The notes under the pieces: model-generated
What the model saw: only the letters and a program-made list of their open reading frames with translations
What the model was told of the DNA's origin: nothing
Databases searched by the model: none
Program-made: the position numbers and the translations under genes
Shown: piece by piece, positions 36,969 to 46,790 of the stretch
How positions within the stretch are numbered: position 1 is the stretch's first letter
Layout: each line of letters begins with the position of its first letter
DNA from: an uncultured Bdellovibrionales bacterium
GTDB taxonomy: Bacteria; Patescibacteriota; Minisyncoccia; Moranbacterales; UBA1568
NCBI GenBank assembly: GCA_964579335.1
Contig: CAZOFS010000001.1
Coordinates: forward strand, 11,196 to 75,195
DNA: 64,000 nucleotides
Reading direction: 5' to 3'

Positions 36969-38567
36969 TTATGGCAATTTTTTATAAATAGTAAACATGC
37001 CAAATTCTCTATCATAGACATAGCCTGAGGGGGCAGTATAGGGCGTGGTTGATGAGTACGGGAGAGAAAGCTCCTTCCCTGATTTTTTGGTTATGCTTTG
37101 TATGAGATGGAAGATTTTGTTGGGTTTTTTTTGTGGGATTTTGTCAGTGATAGTGATGATGATAAAGTCGGCCTCTGGGTGGTAGGAAACGACTCTTTTT
37201 CTCAGGTCAGGGGAGTTGAACATCTCAGCTATGATCAATTCTCGTGATGCCATGATGATTTTATCTTCAGGTATTTCAGTGAGGATGTATTTAATAAGAC
37301 TTGATTCAATATGATAATTATTTCGAGTACTAAAATATTCATTGAAAATAATAGCGAAAATACTGTTTATGAAAAAGAAACATCCGATGGAAGCTATAAA
37401 GAACCAAAAGAAAATTTTTTTAAAATACCAATTTTTACTTTGATAGAATGTTTGGAGGAGATGCCAACTACTAAATGCGAAGATGAGGTAAGTGAGGGGC
37501 CAGAGAATAATGGCAGAACGATAACCAAATTGGTTGAGGAGAGTGGCAATAATAAAGAAAGTTAATGAAGCAAAATAGAGAGAAAGTAACTTTATATTTT
37601 TTTTAAATACAAGAACAAGAAGAGTTATGACTAAGGGAAAAATGAAAAACCAATGCGGAAGAAGCCAACGAAAGTAGGTATGATTGAGAGTTTGTATTTT
37701 TTCAAGCACTATTGGGTGCAATAAGGAAAAGGAGCCTGTAGTGGGAGAGAGAATAGAGGAATCTAATTCAAGATTTGATCTCGCTTCTTGGGCTACATGT
37801 GTGAGGCTATAGACTTTCTGAGTCGGAGCATTATTGGGAAGAATATGATGAGCAGTTAAAGAAAATGAAAATACAAGAATAACGATGAGAGAGGCTTTTT
37901 TCCAGGCTGCTAGTGGGAAAGTCCAAGTAAAAAATGAATAAAATAATAGGTAGAATGGAAGTATAAGTATACTAAATACGCTCATGGGATGAAGAAAGGT
38001 ATAGAAAAAAGTTAAAATAAAGAGACTCCAATAACGAAATTGAATGTCATCTCTAAGTAAGAAAAGAGTAAGGAGAAAGAAAAAAATAACGAAAAAAAAG
38101 CTTGGTACAATCCAAAAGAAACCATGGGTTTCACCAAATCCATGATAAAAACTTAAGAAAAATATTGACCAGGAGATAAGATCTTTATTTTGAGAAAAGG
38201 ATTTAAGAAATGGAACGAATATAAGAGTAAGTAGGATGATACCAAAGTAAAAACTGAAATGGTATATTTCTTGAATTGAAACATGTAGAATTTTTCCTAA
38301 TATACCAAAAAAAATACGGTAGGTAAGATAGTTAAACCCGGAACTATTTTGAAGAGTTATGTTTGTAGATGAACATGATTTGGATGTGCATTCTGCTATT
38401 GAGGCGATTTGGGTGAGATAATTATACGAATCATCTGGTTCAGGAGGAATATGACGATCCTCCCAGAGAATGCCGATGAGGAAAAACTTCCAAATAATGA
38501 AAAAAAGAATGGCAGCAATGAACCATTTATTTTCTTGCATCTTTTGGTTGATCTCACTCAGTTTCAT
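36969..38567 (-). CDS. Large polytopic membrane protein with a C-terminal soluble domain (putative GT-C-like)
   Basis: About 530 aa. Start placed at MKLSEINQ (38567) to avoid a 76-nt overlap with the upstream gene; the ORF is open to 38639. Confidence 0.4.
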   Translation of the reverse strand: MKLSEINQKMQENKWFIAAILFFIIWKFFLIGILWEDRHIPPEPDDSYNYLTQIASIAECTSKSCSSTNITLQNSSGFNYLTYRIFFGILGKILHVSIQEIYHFSFYFGIILLTLIFVPFLKSFSQNKDLISWSIFFLSFYHGFGETHGFFWIVPSFFFVIFFFLLTLFLLRDDIQFRYWSLFILTFFYTFLHPMSVFSILILPFYLLFYSFFTWTFPLAAWKKASLIVILVFSFSLTAHHILPNNAPTQKVYSLTHVAQEARSNLELDSSILSPTTGSFSLLHPIVLEKIQTLNHTYFRWLLPHWFFIFPLVITLLVLVFKKNIKLLSLYFASLTFFIIATLLNQFGYRSAIILWPLTYLIFAFSSWHLLQTFYQSKNWYFKKIFFWFFIASIGCFFFINSIFAIIFNEYFSTRNNYHIESSLIKYILTEIPEDKIIMASRELIIAEMFNSPDLRKRVVSYHPEADFIIITITDKIPQKKPNKIFHLIQSITKKSGKELSLPYSSTTPYTAPSGYVYDREFGMFTIYKKLP

Positions 38568-39595
38568 CGTCGCAACAGCTTCTGGAAAAAACGGGCGTAT
38601 CTTTCTTTGGTCACGGATGCTGAAAAATGTTCCCGACAATAAGCAACCCCTCCAATACCGAGGGCAGCCCGTTTGGCTGCCTCTCCGAGGAGGAAGTCTA
38701 GGTTATTATACCAATCCGCCTTATTTTTGCATAAAATAGCCGGCGAACCCACGTATGATGGTACTTCACTTGCTATGACTGGGAGGCCAATAGACATGGG
38801 ATAGCCGATTTTGGTAAAGCTATGCCCCAAATTATACGATTGCGTCAAGTCCCGAGGGGCGATAAAGATGTCTCCATCGAGCATCTGCTCATGGATGTGC
38901 TTTTGTTGATAAGGACGATAAGCAACATCTATCCCAGGTATGGAAAGGCGTGGATTTTTTTCACAAATGAGCAGTAGGCTAAAGTCATGTTTTTGCCGAA
39001 GCTTTTGGAGTACCTCTTGGATATCTAAAATTTCAGGCGCTTTAACGGCATAGCCGACATAGAGGAGTTTCAGGGGGCGATTAGCAAGAGCCATTTTTTT
39101 TACAGAAAAGAACGTGTCACTGATGTTTTCTGGGATACAAACAATCGGTTTTTCAGGAAAGAACCGTTTCGCATAGTCTTGAATGTAGTCTGTGCTCGTG
39201 ATGACTCCATCGGCTGTTTCCGTAAATCGGAGAATCTTTGGATGGTTGGCTGACTCATCTTGATTGAGGACTCCGAGGATCGTCTTATCGTAATAGTTGA
39301 CATTGATGTCGAGAATGATTTTAACACCCTGTTTTTTTAATTTTTTGGCAAGTTGCAAAGCTTGCTCATCAAATTTTTTCTGGAAAATGACAATATCGTA
39401 ATGCTTCCACGGCTTGTAGAGCTCTACAAAGTACTCATCGCTCGATTGGAAGTTATTGATGACGTCATAAGCCCTCAAACGTGTGGAAGCCATGATGCGG
39501 CCATAGTAGGGGGTAGGCCAAACGCTCAAAACAAATCCAATCCGTTTTTTGCGGCTAATAATAAACGATTTCAAAAATTCTCGAAGGAGAAACAT
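38564..39595 (-). CDS. Glycosyltransferase (GT-B fold, GT4-like)
   Basis: Architecture and C-terminal FIAPRDLTQSYNLGHSFTKIGYPMSIGLPVIASEVPSY donor-binding-like region. Start codon abuts the stop of the upstream GT2 gene. Confidence 0.5.
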   Translation of the reverse strand: MFLLREFLKSFIISRKKRIGFVLSVWPTPYYGRIMASTRLRAYDVINNFQSSDEYFVELYKPWKHYDIVIFQKKFDEQALQLAKKLKKQGVKIILDINVNYYDKTILGVLNQDESANHPKILRFTETADGVITSTDYIQDYAKRFFPEKPIVCIPENISDTFFSVKKMALANRPLKLLYVGYAVKAPEILDIQEVLQKLRQKHDFSLLLICEKNPRLSIPGIDVAYRPYQQKHIHEQMLDGDIFIAPRDLTQSYNLGHSFTKIGYPMSIGLPVIASEVPSYVGSPAILCKNKADWYNNLDFLLGEAAKRAALGIGGVAYCREHFSASVTKERYARFFQKLLRR

Positions 39596-40411
39596 TTACG
39601 TAAACTTACGAATACACTGCCATATTTTCTCTTCGAGGAAGTGGGGAATGAAGAAGAAATAAAAGGCGGCAGGGACGATTTTCCAAGCGTCAGTCAAGGG
39701 ATAGCCATAGCGAGAGAAGGCATGCCACCGGGCCTCGAGTCCATACCATTCCTGATTCTTTTTGGAGCGAGCCGAGATGCTTTTTCCATGAACACGATGA
39801 AGGGTAAGGAATTCAGGCAAGACGGCGACTGGATGCTTGGCGGAAACCTTGAGTAATAAATCGTAGTCCTGAGCTTTCTTTATCGCGGTGCTGTAATTAC
39901 CAAGACTGTGGACGATATCCCTTCGGAAAAAGAATGAAGAGTGGGTAAAGAAATTGTAGAAGAGTAATTTCTTTTTGATGTCCTGGTACCCGGTCGGGGA
40001 TTTTTTCTCTCCTGTTTTCTTACCATGTTCGTCGATCAATACTGCCCAGGTGCCGCAAAGGGCATGGCGAGGATTGGTTTCCATGAACTCGAACTGCTTT
40101 TTGAGCCGGTCTGGATGGGCGAGGTCGTCGCTATCCAGGCGAGCGATATATTTTCCAGTAGCCAATCCGAGTGCAGTATTAAGTGACTTGGTCAGACCGA
40201 GATTGGTTTCATTGGTATGGACACTGATTCGGGTATCTTGTGTTTCATATTGAGTCAGAATATCTTTTACATGAGAAAATTCTGGGCCATCATCCATGAT
40301 AATAAACTCAAAGTCTCGGAAAGACTGGGAGAGGATACTCTCAATGGATTGTCGGAGATATGTCTCGTCTTCATTGTAGACAGACATGATGACAGAAATT
40401 GGTTTTTCCAT
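39596..40411 (-). CDS. Glycosyltransferase family 2
   Basis: ISVIMSVYNEDETYLRQSIESILSQSFRDFEFIIMDDGP and ARLDSDDLAHPDRLKKQ. Confidence 0.75.
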   Translation of the reverse strand: MEKPISVIMSVYNEDETYLRQSIESILSQSFRDFEFIIMDDGPEFSHVKDILTQYETQDTRISVHTNETNLGLTKSLNTALGLATGKYIARLDSDDLAHPDRLKKQFEFMETNPRHALCGTWAVLIDEHGKKTGEKKSPTGYQDIKKKLLFYNFFTHSSFFFRRDIVHSLGNYSTAIKKAQDYDLLLKVSAKHPVAVLPEFLTLHRVHGKSISARSKKNQEWYGLEARWHAFSRYGYPLTDAWKIVPAAFYFFFIPHFLEEKIWQCIRKFT

Positions 40412-40413
40412 AA

Positions 40414-42309
40414 TTACTCATTCGGAAAATATTCCTCAAACCAAAGCTCGAGAGTGAGGAGAGCCCAAATATGAGGGGAAAAGTTAATCTGGGTTGTGGT
40501 GTGAGTATGAAGAATATCTTCGATGGCTTCTTTTTTACATAAACCTTGTGAGACCAGGTGGCCCTGGAGGAGTTTTTGCTCAGCATATTCACGGAGCTCA
40601 CCTCGAAACCAGACATCGATAGGGACGCCAAAACCCATTTTGGGGCGATGAAGGATAGTGTGAGGCAGGATGTGGGCAAGAGCTTTTTTCAAAATATACT
40701 TTTTGTGATTGAGGCCTCGGAGCTTGAGGTCAAAGGGAATCTGAGCGGTGAGTTCGAGGAATTCATGATCGAGAAACGGGGAGCGGCCCTCGAGTGAGAC
40801 GGCCATGCTGGCTATATCTACCTTGACGAGAAGGTCTTCGGGGAGATAGAGCGCGAAGTCAGCATAGACGGCTTGCTCAGTTTTATTCTTGGATCCGGAT
40901 TTCATGAATTGCTCTGCGACCAGACTATAGGTATTAGCCCCAGCAATCTTTTTCTTAAACGTATCAGTATAGAGTTTCTCCTTTTGCTCATTGGTGAAAT
41001 ACGATGTAAAGCCCATATAGCGCTCACGGTAATCAATCGCGAGGCTTTGGGTAAAGCGGTACACACGGTCAAATAAGGTCGTAGGAAATATATTTTTCAG
41101 GAGACGAGTAACCGGTGCACCGATAGTGGTAGCGAGCCACGCAAAGCGTTCCAAGAAAATCGAGGCTTGGAAAGCACTGTAACGAGAGTAGCCGGCAAAA
41201 TTCTCATCACCACCATCGCCATTGAGGGCGACTGTCACATGCTCACGAGTGAGTTTGCTCACATAGTAGGTCGGGAGGGCACTCGAGTCGGCAAAGGGCT
41301 CTTCATATTGGTGGACGAGCGTGGGGAGGAGATCAATAGCCTGAGGTTCAACGATGAACTCAGTGTGATCAGTTTTGAATTGCTCCGCGATCATGCGGGC
41401 ATAGGGGAGTTCATTATATTTGGCTTCCTTGAACCCAATCGAGAAGGTCTTGACTGGTTTGGATGAGTGCTTGGTCATCATGGCAACCACAGCACTCGAG
41501 TCAACTCCACCCGAGAGAAAGGCTCCAAGTGGTACATCGGAGATCATTCGGAGTTTGACTGATTCTTCGAGTTTGGCGAGGATACGTTTTTGCCACTCGG
41601 CTTCGGAAAGGTTAAGTTTTTTCGAATAGTCGAGCTTCCAGTAGCGTTCTTTCTGGAGTTCATTCGTCTTAAGATTAAGCCAGAGGTAATGAGCTGGTTC
41701 GAGTTTCTGAATACCCTTGAAGCCAGTCATGGGCGCTGGCACATACTGAAGCGTGAGGTAGTGGTGAATGGCCTCGTAGTCTACTTCTCTCTTGTACTCA
41801 GGCTGAGTGAGGATAGCCTTGAGTTCAGAGCCAAAGAGAAACACATTGTCATCAAAATAATACTTGAAGGGTTTTTTTCCAACTCGGTCCCGAGCGCAAA
41901 ACAACACCTGCTCTTGTTCATCGTAAATAGCAAGAGCAAACATGCCTCGCAGATGATCGACACAGTTCTCTCGGTACTTATCGTAAAGAGCGAGGATTAC
42001 TTCGGTGTCGGAGTGCGAAGCGAACGTATAGCCTTCTTTTTCGAGGGCAGCTCGTTTCTCTTGAAAGTTGTAAATTTCTCCATTGAATACGATTTCATAC
42101 CGATCCAGGTAACGCATGGGCTGATGACCAAGCGGTGAGAGATCGATGATAGCGAGGCGGCGGTGGCCCAAACCAACCTTGTGATCAGGTGAGATATAGA
42201 CGCCGCTATCGTCTGGTCCACGGTGGCGGATAGCGTTACACATGGCTTCTACCTCAGGGGCTGAAACACACTGCTCTCTTAGTGAGATTTTACCAGCGAT
42301 GCCACACAT
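40414..42309 (-). CDS. asnB: Asparagine synthase (glutamine-hydrolysing) family amidotransferase
   Basis: N-terminal MCGIAG (Ntn Cys2), the PP-loop SGGVDSS, and a length of 631 aa. Confidence 0.85.
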   Translation of the reverse strand: MCGIAGKISLREQCVSAPEVEAMCNAIRHRGPDDSGVYISPDHKVGLGHRRLAIIDLSPLGHQPMRYLDRYEIVFNGEIYNFQEKRAALEKEGYTFASHSDTEVILALYDKYRENCVDHLRGMFALAIYDEQEQVLFCARDRVGKKPFKYYFDDNVFLFGSELKAILTQPEYKREVDYEAIHHYLTLQYVPAPMTGFKGIQKLEPAHYLWLNLKTNELQKERYWKLDYSKKLNLSEAEWQKRILAKLEESVKLRMISDVPLGAFLSGGVDSSAVVAMMTKHSSKPVKTFSIGFKEAKYNELPYARMIAEQFKTDHTEFIVEPQAIDLLPTLVHQYEEPFADSSALPTYYVSKLTREHVTVALNGDGGDENFAGYSRYSAFQASIFLERFAWLATTIGAPVTRLLKNIFPTTLFDRVYRFTQSLAIDYRERYMGFTSYFTNEQKEKLYTDTFKKKIAGANTYSLVAEQFMKSGSKNKTEQAVYADFALYLPEDLLVKVDIASMAVSLEGRSPFLDHEFLELTAQIPFDLKLRGLNHKKYILKKALAHILPHTILHRPKMGFGVPIDVWFRGELREYAEQKLLQGHLVSQGLCKKEAIEDILHTHTTTQINFSPHIWALLTLELWFEEYFPNE

Positions 42310-42351
42310 AGGAAGAAGAATGAAGAATAGAGAATTTAGAAACCCAGTTCA

Positions 42352-43506
42352 TTATTGATTGAGCAATTGAGAAAATACCTTCAAGTATTGTTTGGTGGCG
42401 TGATGCCAGTCAAATTTGGTCTGGACATGGAGGAAGGCTTGTTCGCCGAATTTTTGGCGGAGCGAGGGATCCTGGATGAGGAGGGTGAGCTTCTTTTGGA
42501 GATCATCCATGTCATGTGGGGCGATGAGAAAGCCGTCGCCATTACCTGAAATAATTTCAGCCGTACCACCAACATCGGTAGCGATGATAGTCTTGTGGCA
42601 CAAAGCCGCTTCGATAACAGCGGTTGGGATGCCCTCAGTATAACTAGGATTGACGAAGATATCGAATGACTTTAGGAGGGCTATAGCCTCGGTAAAGGGT
42701 TTTTCACCGAGTAGTATGACTCTCTCCGAAAGCTTGTTTTCAGCAATAAACTTCTCCAATCGAGTTCGCTCAGGCCCATCACCGATGATGGCACAAATAC
42801 TAGTGTCGGTAGTAATCCTTGAGAAGGCTTGGAGCAGATCAAAAACGCCTTTGCCATCAATGAGACGGCCCACGAAACCGATCACTATTTTCCCTGGGAA
42901 ATGAGTCTCAAAAAACGAGTGAGGGGCCACCTGATGGATAGTTTCTTTGTCTACCCCTCGATAAATCACCGTACAGTTATCGCGTCCGGAAAGTTTTTTG
43001 ACAAAAGCAGCTGAGGCCTTGGAGTTGGCAACATTGACATCACTTTGGCGCAAGACAAAAGAACCAAGCGTGTAATCATACAGTTGACCGAGAATGGTCT
43101 TGATCCGGCCGTTAAACGTAGCAAAGTCTGACCCGTGCTCGATATGTACCCAAGGCAGAGCGTTTTTTTTCGCGTAGCGCCAAGTCATGAGCGAGGTAAA
43201 GAAAAAGCGAGTGCGAGAAAGTGTCACATTGTACTGTTCCTCAGTGAGTTTTTTCCAGACTATCCAAAACTCTTTTTGCCAGAACTTTGGAAAGGGATAA
43301 TTGGGAATGAGCTCGACTGCAGGAAAGCGGATGATTCGCACTCGTTCGTAACGGATCTCTTCGCCCACACTTGAAGCAGGTAGACGGGGAGTAAAGACGG
43401 TGATACGGGTACCAGTGGCTGCCAGATGACGATTGAACTCGTCACTGTGGCTCTCGAGTCCTCCAGTGTGAGGAGGGTAGTAGGGGGAGAAAACAAGCAA
43501 ATGCAT
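42352..43506 (-). CDS. Glycosyltransferase family 4
   Basis: MHLLVFSPYYPPHTGGLESHSDEF and TEGIPTAVIEAALCHKTIIATDVGGTAEII. Confidence 0.75.
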   Translation of the reverse strand: MHLLVFSPYYPPHTGGLESHSDEFNRHLAATGTRITVFTPRLPASSVGEEIRYERVRIIRFPAVELIPNYPFPKFWQKEFWIVWKKLTEEQYNVTLSRTRFFFTSLMTWRYAKKNALPWVHIEHGSDFATFNGRIKTILGQLYDYTLGSFVLRQSDVNVANSKASAAFVKKLSGRDNCTVIYRGVDKETIHQVAPHSFFETHFPGKIVIGFVGRLIDGKGVFDLLQAFSRITTDTSICAIIGDGPERTRLEKFIAENKLSERVILLGEKPFTEAIALLKSFDIFVNPSYTEGIPTAVIEAALCHKTIIATDVGGTAEIISGNGDGFLIAPHDMDDLQKKLTLLIQDPSLRQKFGEQAFLHVQTKFDWHHATKQYLKVFSQLLNQ

Positions 43507-43893
43507 TTATTTTTTTTGAGAAATTTCTTTGAGCGCATCCTGACGAGTAAGTACGGTCATTTGCTGCTCGAGGTACTCGATAGCTGACAATAGTTTGAAA
43601 ATAATGAGGAAAACAAGAATGAATCCAGTTAGAATAACTGCATTAAGGTTCCCTTCAATACCGATTATACGCGCTAATGTATTGGTAAGCCCAGGAAAAA
43701 CAACAATCGCTGCCATGCCGCCCCACACGACGATACGAACTCCAATCTTGAGGAGTGTTTGATGATCTTTGCCTTTAAAGAAATTACTCAGGCCTTGATA
43801 GATCATAGCCCCGGCAATGATGAGGATAATAACTTGGTAGAGCTGGAGATTCTCGAATTGCATACGAGTCGGATTTAAGAAATAATGTTCCAA
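43507..43893 (-). CDS. DUF2304-like small membrane protein (GT2-associated)
   Basis: About 120 aa with three TM helices. Immediately downstream of, and overlapping, a GT2 gene, the typical context for this family. Alternative start at MQFENL (43863). Confidence 0.5.
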   Translation of the reverse strand: MEHYFLNPTRMQFENLQLYQVIILIIAGAMIYQGLSNFFKGKDHQTLLKIGVRIVVWGGMAAIVVFPGLTNTLARIIGIEGNLNAVILTGFILVFLIIFKLLSAIEYLEQQMTVLTRQDALKEISQKK

Positions 43894-44588
43894 ATAATCT
43901 TATAGAGTGTTTTGAGGCCATTCACAAACCCTTGTTTTTGAATCTTTCCCATAGAATATTCAGTATAGCGTACCTCGATGGGTACCTCAGCATAACGCAG
44001 TCGGTATTGATAAATCTCACGGATCACCTCGCTGTCATATTCATAGCGATCTGTCTTGGTATTGATCCGATCAACCGCAGAGCGAGCATAGGCGCGAAAG
44101 CCGGATTGGCTGTCAGAGACGTAGAGTCCATAGAAGTACCAAGTAATAACATTGCCAATCTTGTTGGCGATAATTTTATACCATGGCATACCCTCAGGAT
44201 TGATAAGGCGAGTACCAAGCGTTACTTCGCATTGTTTTTTCTGGATGGGCTCAATAAGTTTGGCAATATCCCTCGGGTTGTGTTGCCCGTCGCTATCCAT
44301 GGTAATGATCACTTCTGCTCCCAGCAACTTCGCGGCTTCGATACCAGTTTTGGTAGCTGCTCCTTTGCCACGGTTGAGCCGATGGCGGAGGGTCATGACC
44401 CCAGTTTTTTGAGCCACAGCAAAAGTATCGTCTCGGCTTCCATCGTCTACCACAATGATATTGTGGTACCCAGCCGTATGAATTTCTCGTATGACACTCT
44501 CAAGTACCTTGGCTTCATTGTAAGCAGGGAGGACAACATATAGCAATGGCTGTTGGGGAGAAGTTGGCTCCATAGCGTTAGTGAGCAA
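43875..44588 (-). CDS. Glycosyltransferase family 2 (polyprenyl-phosphate sugar synthase-like soluble domain)
   Basis: LYVVLPAYNEAKVLESVIREIHTAGYHNIIVVDDGSRDDT and TMDSDGQHNP. Confidence 0.75.
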   Translation of the reverse strand: MLTNAMEPTSPQQPLLYVVLPAYNEAKVLESVIREIHTAGYHNIIVVDDGSRDDTFAVAQKTGVMTLRHRLNRGKGAATKTGIEAAKLLGAEVIITMDSDGQHNPRDIAKLIEPIQKKQCEVTLGTRLINPEGMPWYKIIANKIGNVITWYFYGLYVSDSQSGFRAYARSAVDRINTKTDRYEYDSEVIREIYQYRLRYAEVPIEVRYTEYSMGKIQKQGFVNGLKTLYKIIWNIIS

Positions 44589-44675
44589 GGTTCTCTAAAA
44601 AAGGCTCAATCAAAGCAAAATATGCCATTAGTGTAGCATATGAACCGAGTCCTTCCAAGACTTGTTGTGGGGTAC

Positions 44676-45614
44676 CTACGATTCTTCTCGTAGTCTCGCT
44701 TTAAACCACGTCACTGTAGCCGTGATACCTTCCGAGATAGCTACTTCAGGTTTCCATCCAAGGAGGGTGGTGGCTTTGGTCGAGTCGAGGGCGCTTCGCT
44801 TGACTTCGCCTGGCTTGGCCGGCCCATGACTCGCTTCAAAGGCTTTGCCAAATTGCCAGTTAACCAAACGGAAAATTTCATTCACGTTTGTTTCTTGGCT
44901 CGTACCAATATGGAAGATCCCCTCAGTGAGTTCTGAATCAAGGGCTGCGAGGTTGGCTTTGACGACATCGCTCACATACACGTAGTCCCGAGTCTGTTCG
45001 CCGTCACCATTGATGATCGGAGCTCGACCCTCGAGCATAGCACTAGTAAAAATAGCGATCACCCCAGCCTCACCGTGTGGGTTTTGACGTGGGCCATAGA
45101 CATTGCCGTAGCGGAGCACGATGTAGGGGAGCGAGCGTTCGCGGTGGTAAAACTTGAGGTATTCCTCAACCCCGGCCTTGGCCAGACCATAGGGTGAGAG
45201 GGGGGTCATAGACTCCTCTTCAGTGGCTGGGTAGTGGGCTTCATCACCAAACATAGCGCCACCGGTGGAAGAAAAGATAAACTTCTTAACCCCGGCTTTG
45301 GCGGCCATGTCCATGAGTCGCAGGCTGCCAAGGATATTGCACTCAGCATCGATAATAGGATTCTCAACCGAGGCGCGGACATTGATTTGCCCTGCAAGGT
45401 GAAAAATAGCCTCGGGCTCTACACGCTTGAAGACGCTTTCGAGCTTCTTTTGATTGGCAACATCGCCTTTGATGAATTTGGCCCGGCGATTGAGATTCTC
45501 CTCTTGGCCCGAAGAAAGATCGTCGAGCACGGTCACTCGATGTCCTCGATCGATTAACGCATCTACAATGTGGGATCCAATAAATCCTGCCCCACCAGTA
45601 ACGAGTATACGCAT
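44676..45614 (-). CDS. NAD-dependent epimerase/dehydratase (GalE/UXS-like extended SDR)
   Basis: MRILVTGGAGFIGSHIVDAL, YGLAK, and RYGNVYGPRQ. Start placed at MRILV (45614); the ORF is open to 45629. Confidence 0.75.
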   Translation of the reverse strand: MRILVTGGAGFIGSHIVDALIDRGHRVTVLDDLSSGQEENLNRRAKFIKGDVANQKKLESVFKRVEPEAIFHLAGQINVRASVENPIIDAECNILGSLRLMDMAAKAGVKKFIFSSTGGAMFGDEAHYPATEEESMTPLSPYGLAKAGVEEYLKFYHRERSLPYIVLRYGNVYGPRQNPHGEAGVIAIFTSAMLEGRAPIINGDGEQTRDYVYVSDVVKANLAALDSELTEGIFHIGTSQETNVNEIFRLVNWQFGKAFEASHGPAKPGEVKRSALDSTKATTLLGWKPEVAISEGITATVTWFKARLREES

Positions 45615-45640
45615 AGATTGATAGCTCAATAATACCCATT

Positions 45641-45669
45641 ACTTTACCCTAAAAATATAAATCTGTCAA
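45641..45669 (-). promoter_or_regulatory. Candidate minus-strand promoter for the 22-kb minus-strand gene array
   Basis: On the minus strand: TTGACA (complement of 45664-45669), 17-nt spacer, TAAAGT (complement of 45641-45646). Confidence 0.35.
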
Positions 45670-45737
45670 TCAGAGAAAGGGTGCTTTGTCAAGAGTGACT
45701 ATTTGCTTCAGATAAGCCATGAGGGTACAATGAATCT

Positions 45738-46679
45738 ATGAATAACGAACAACCGTGGCTTTCTGTTGTTGTCCCGCTGTATAACGAAGAGGGCAATGTG
45801 GTTGAGCTACACCAAAAAATTCTTACCGCTCTCGAGAAGCTTGGACGGCCGTTTGAAATTATTTTTGTGGACGATGGTTCTCGAGATGGGACGCTCGAGC
45901 AAGCGCGTAGCCTGACGCCTCTGAAGCTTATCGTCTTTCGGAAAAATTTTGGTCAGACAGCTGCTTTTGACGCGGGGATTAAAGCTGCTCTCGGTGAAGT
46001 TATTATTACCCTCGACGGCGATCTTCAAAATGATCCCAATGATATCCCACTCCTTCTCGCCAAAATGGATGAGGGCTACGATGTGGTTTCGGGTTGGCGC
46101 CACAAACGTCAGGATCCGTGGAGTAAGAAGATTCCTTCACGCATCGCTAACCTTCTCCGCAAATTCCTCATTCACGACGATATTCACGACTCTGGCTGTA
46201 GTCTCAAAGCGTACAAACGCGAATGCTTCAAAGATGTAGATCTCTTTGGTGAGATGCACCGTTTTATCCCAGCCATTTTGCAACTTGAGGGCTATCGGGT
46301 AGGGGAAGTCAAAGTGTCGCATCACCCGCGCCTCCATGGGGTCACCAAATACAATTGGAAACGCGGTTTCAAGGGACTTGTCGATATGATTTCCATTTGG
46401 TTTTGGCGTAAATATTCGCATCGGCCACTCCATCTCTTTGGGGCGAGTGGTGTAGTATTGTCTCTTCTCGGAGGCGCAATTCTTCTGTGGATGGTAGTCG
46501 AAAAGTTCTACTTTGACGCTTCCATCGCTGATCGCATCTGGCCCCTGGTTGGAATCTTCTTTACTCTTATCGGGGTGCAGCTTTTCATTTCAGGGCTCCT
46601 CGCCGATATTGCGGTCAGAAACTACTATCAGAATCGCCATCGGATGAATTACAATATCCGGGAAGTGCGGGAGCAGTAG
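45738..46679 (+). CDS. GT2 polyprenyl-phosphate glycosyltransferase (GtrB/DPM1-like) with C-terminal TM helices
   Basis: LSVVVPLYNEEGNVVELHQKI...EIIFVDDGSRDGT, LDGDLQNDP, and two C-terminal TM segments. Confidence 0.75.
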   Translation: MNNEQPWLSVVVPLYNEEGNVVELHQKILTALEKLGRPFEIIFVDDGSRDGTLEQARSLTPLKLIVFRKNFGQTAAFDAGIKAALGEVIITLDGDLQNDPNDIPLLLAKMDEGYDVVSGWRHKRQDPWSKKIPSRIANLLRKFLIHDDIHDSGCSLKAYKRECFKDVDLFGEMHRFIPAILQLEGYRVGEVKVSHHPRLHGVTKYNWKRGFKGLVDMISIWFWRKYSHRPLHLFGASGVVLSLLGGAILLWMVVEKFYFDASIADRIWPLVGIFFTLIGVQLFISGLLADIAVRNYYQNRHRMNYNIREVREQ

Positions 46680-46686
46680 CGTCTGG

Positions 46687-46728
46687 AGTATTAAGTATTA
46701 AGTATTGGGTATAGAGTATCGGGATATT
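46687..46728. repeat. Degenerate tandem heptamer repeat, six units of AGTATTA-like sequence
   Basis: AGTATTA AGTATTA AGTATTG GGTATAG AGTATCG GGATATT, read directly from the sequence. Intergenic, about 60 nt upstream of ugd. Confidence 0.6.
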
Positions 46729-46790
46729 TGCCGGTATGATTTTGTTCTCGTACAAGATACATACTACGAGATACTGTATATAAATTTATT

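Noticed and set aside
43932-44543. 203-aa plus-strand ORF antisense to the GT2 gene 43875-44588
   Set aside because: The minus-strand frame has canonical GT2 motifs (PAYNE...DDGSRDDT, DSDGQHNP). The plus-strand ORF is a shadow.
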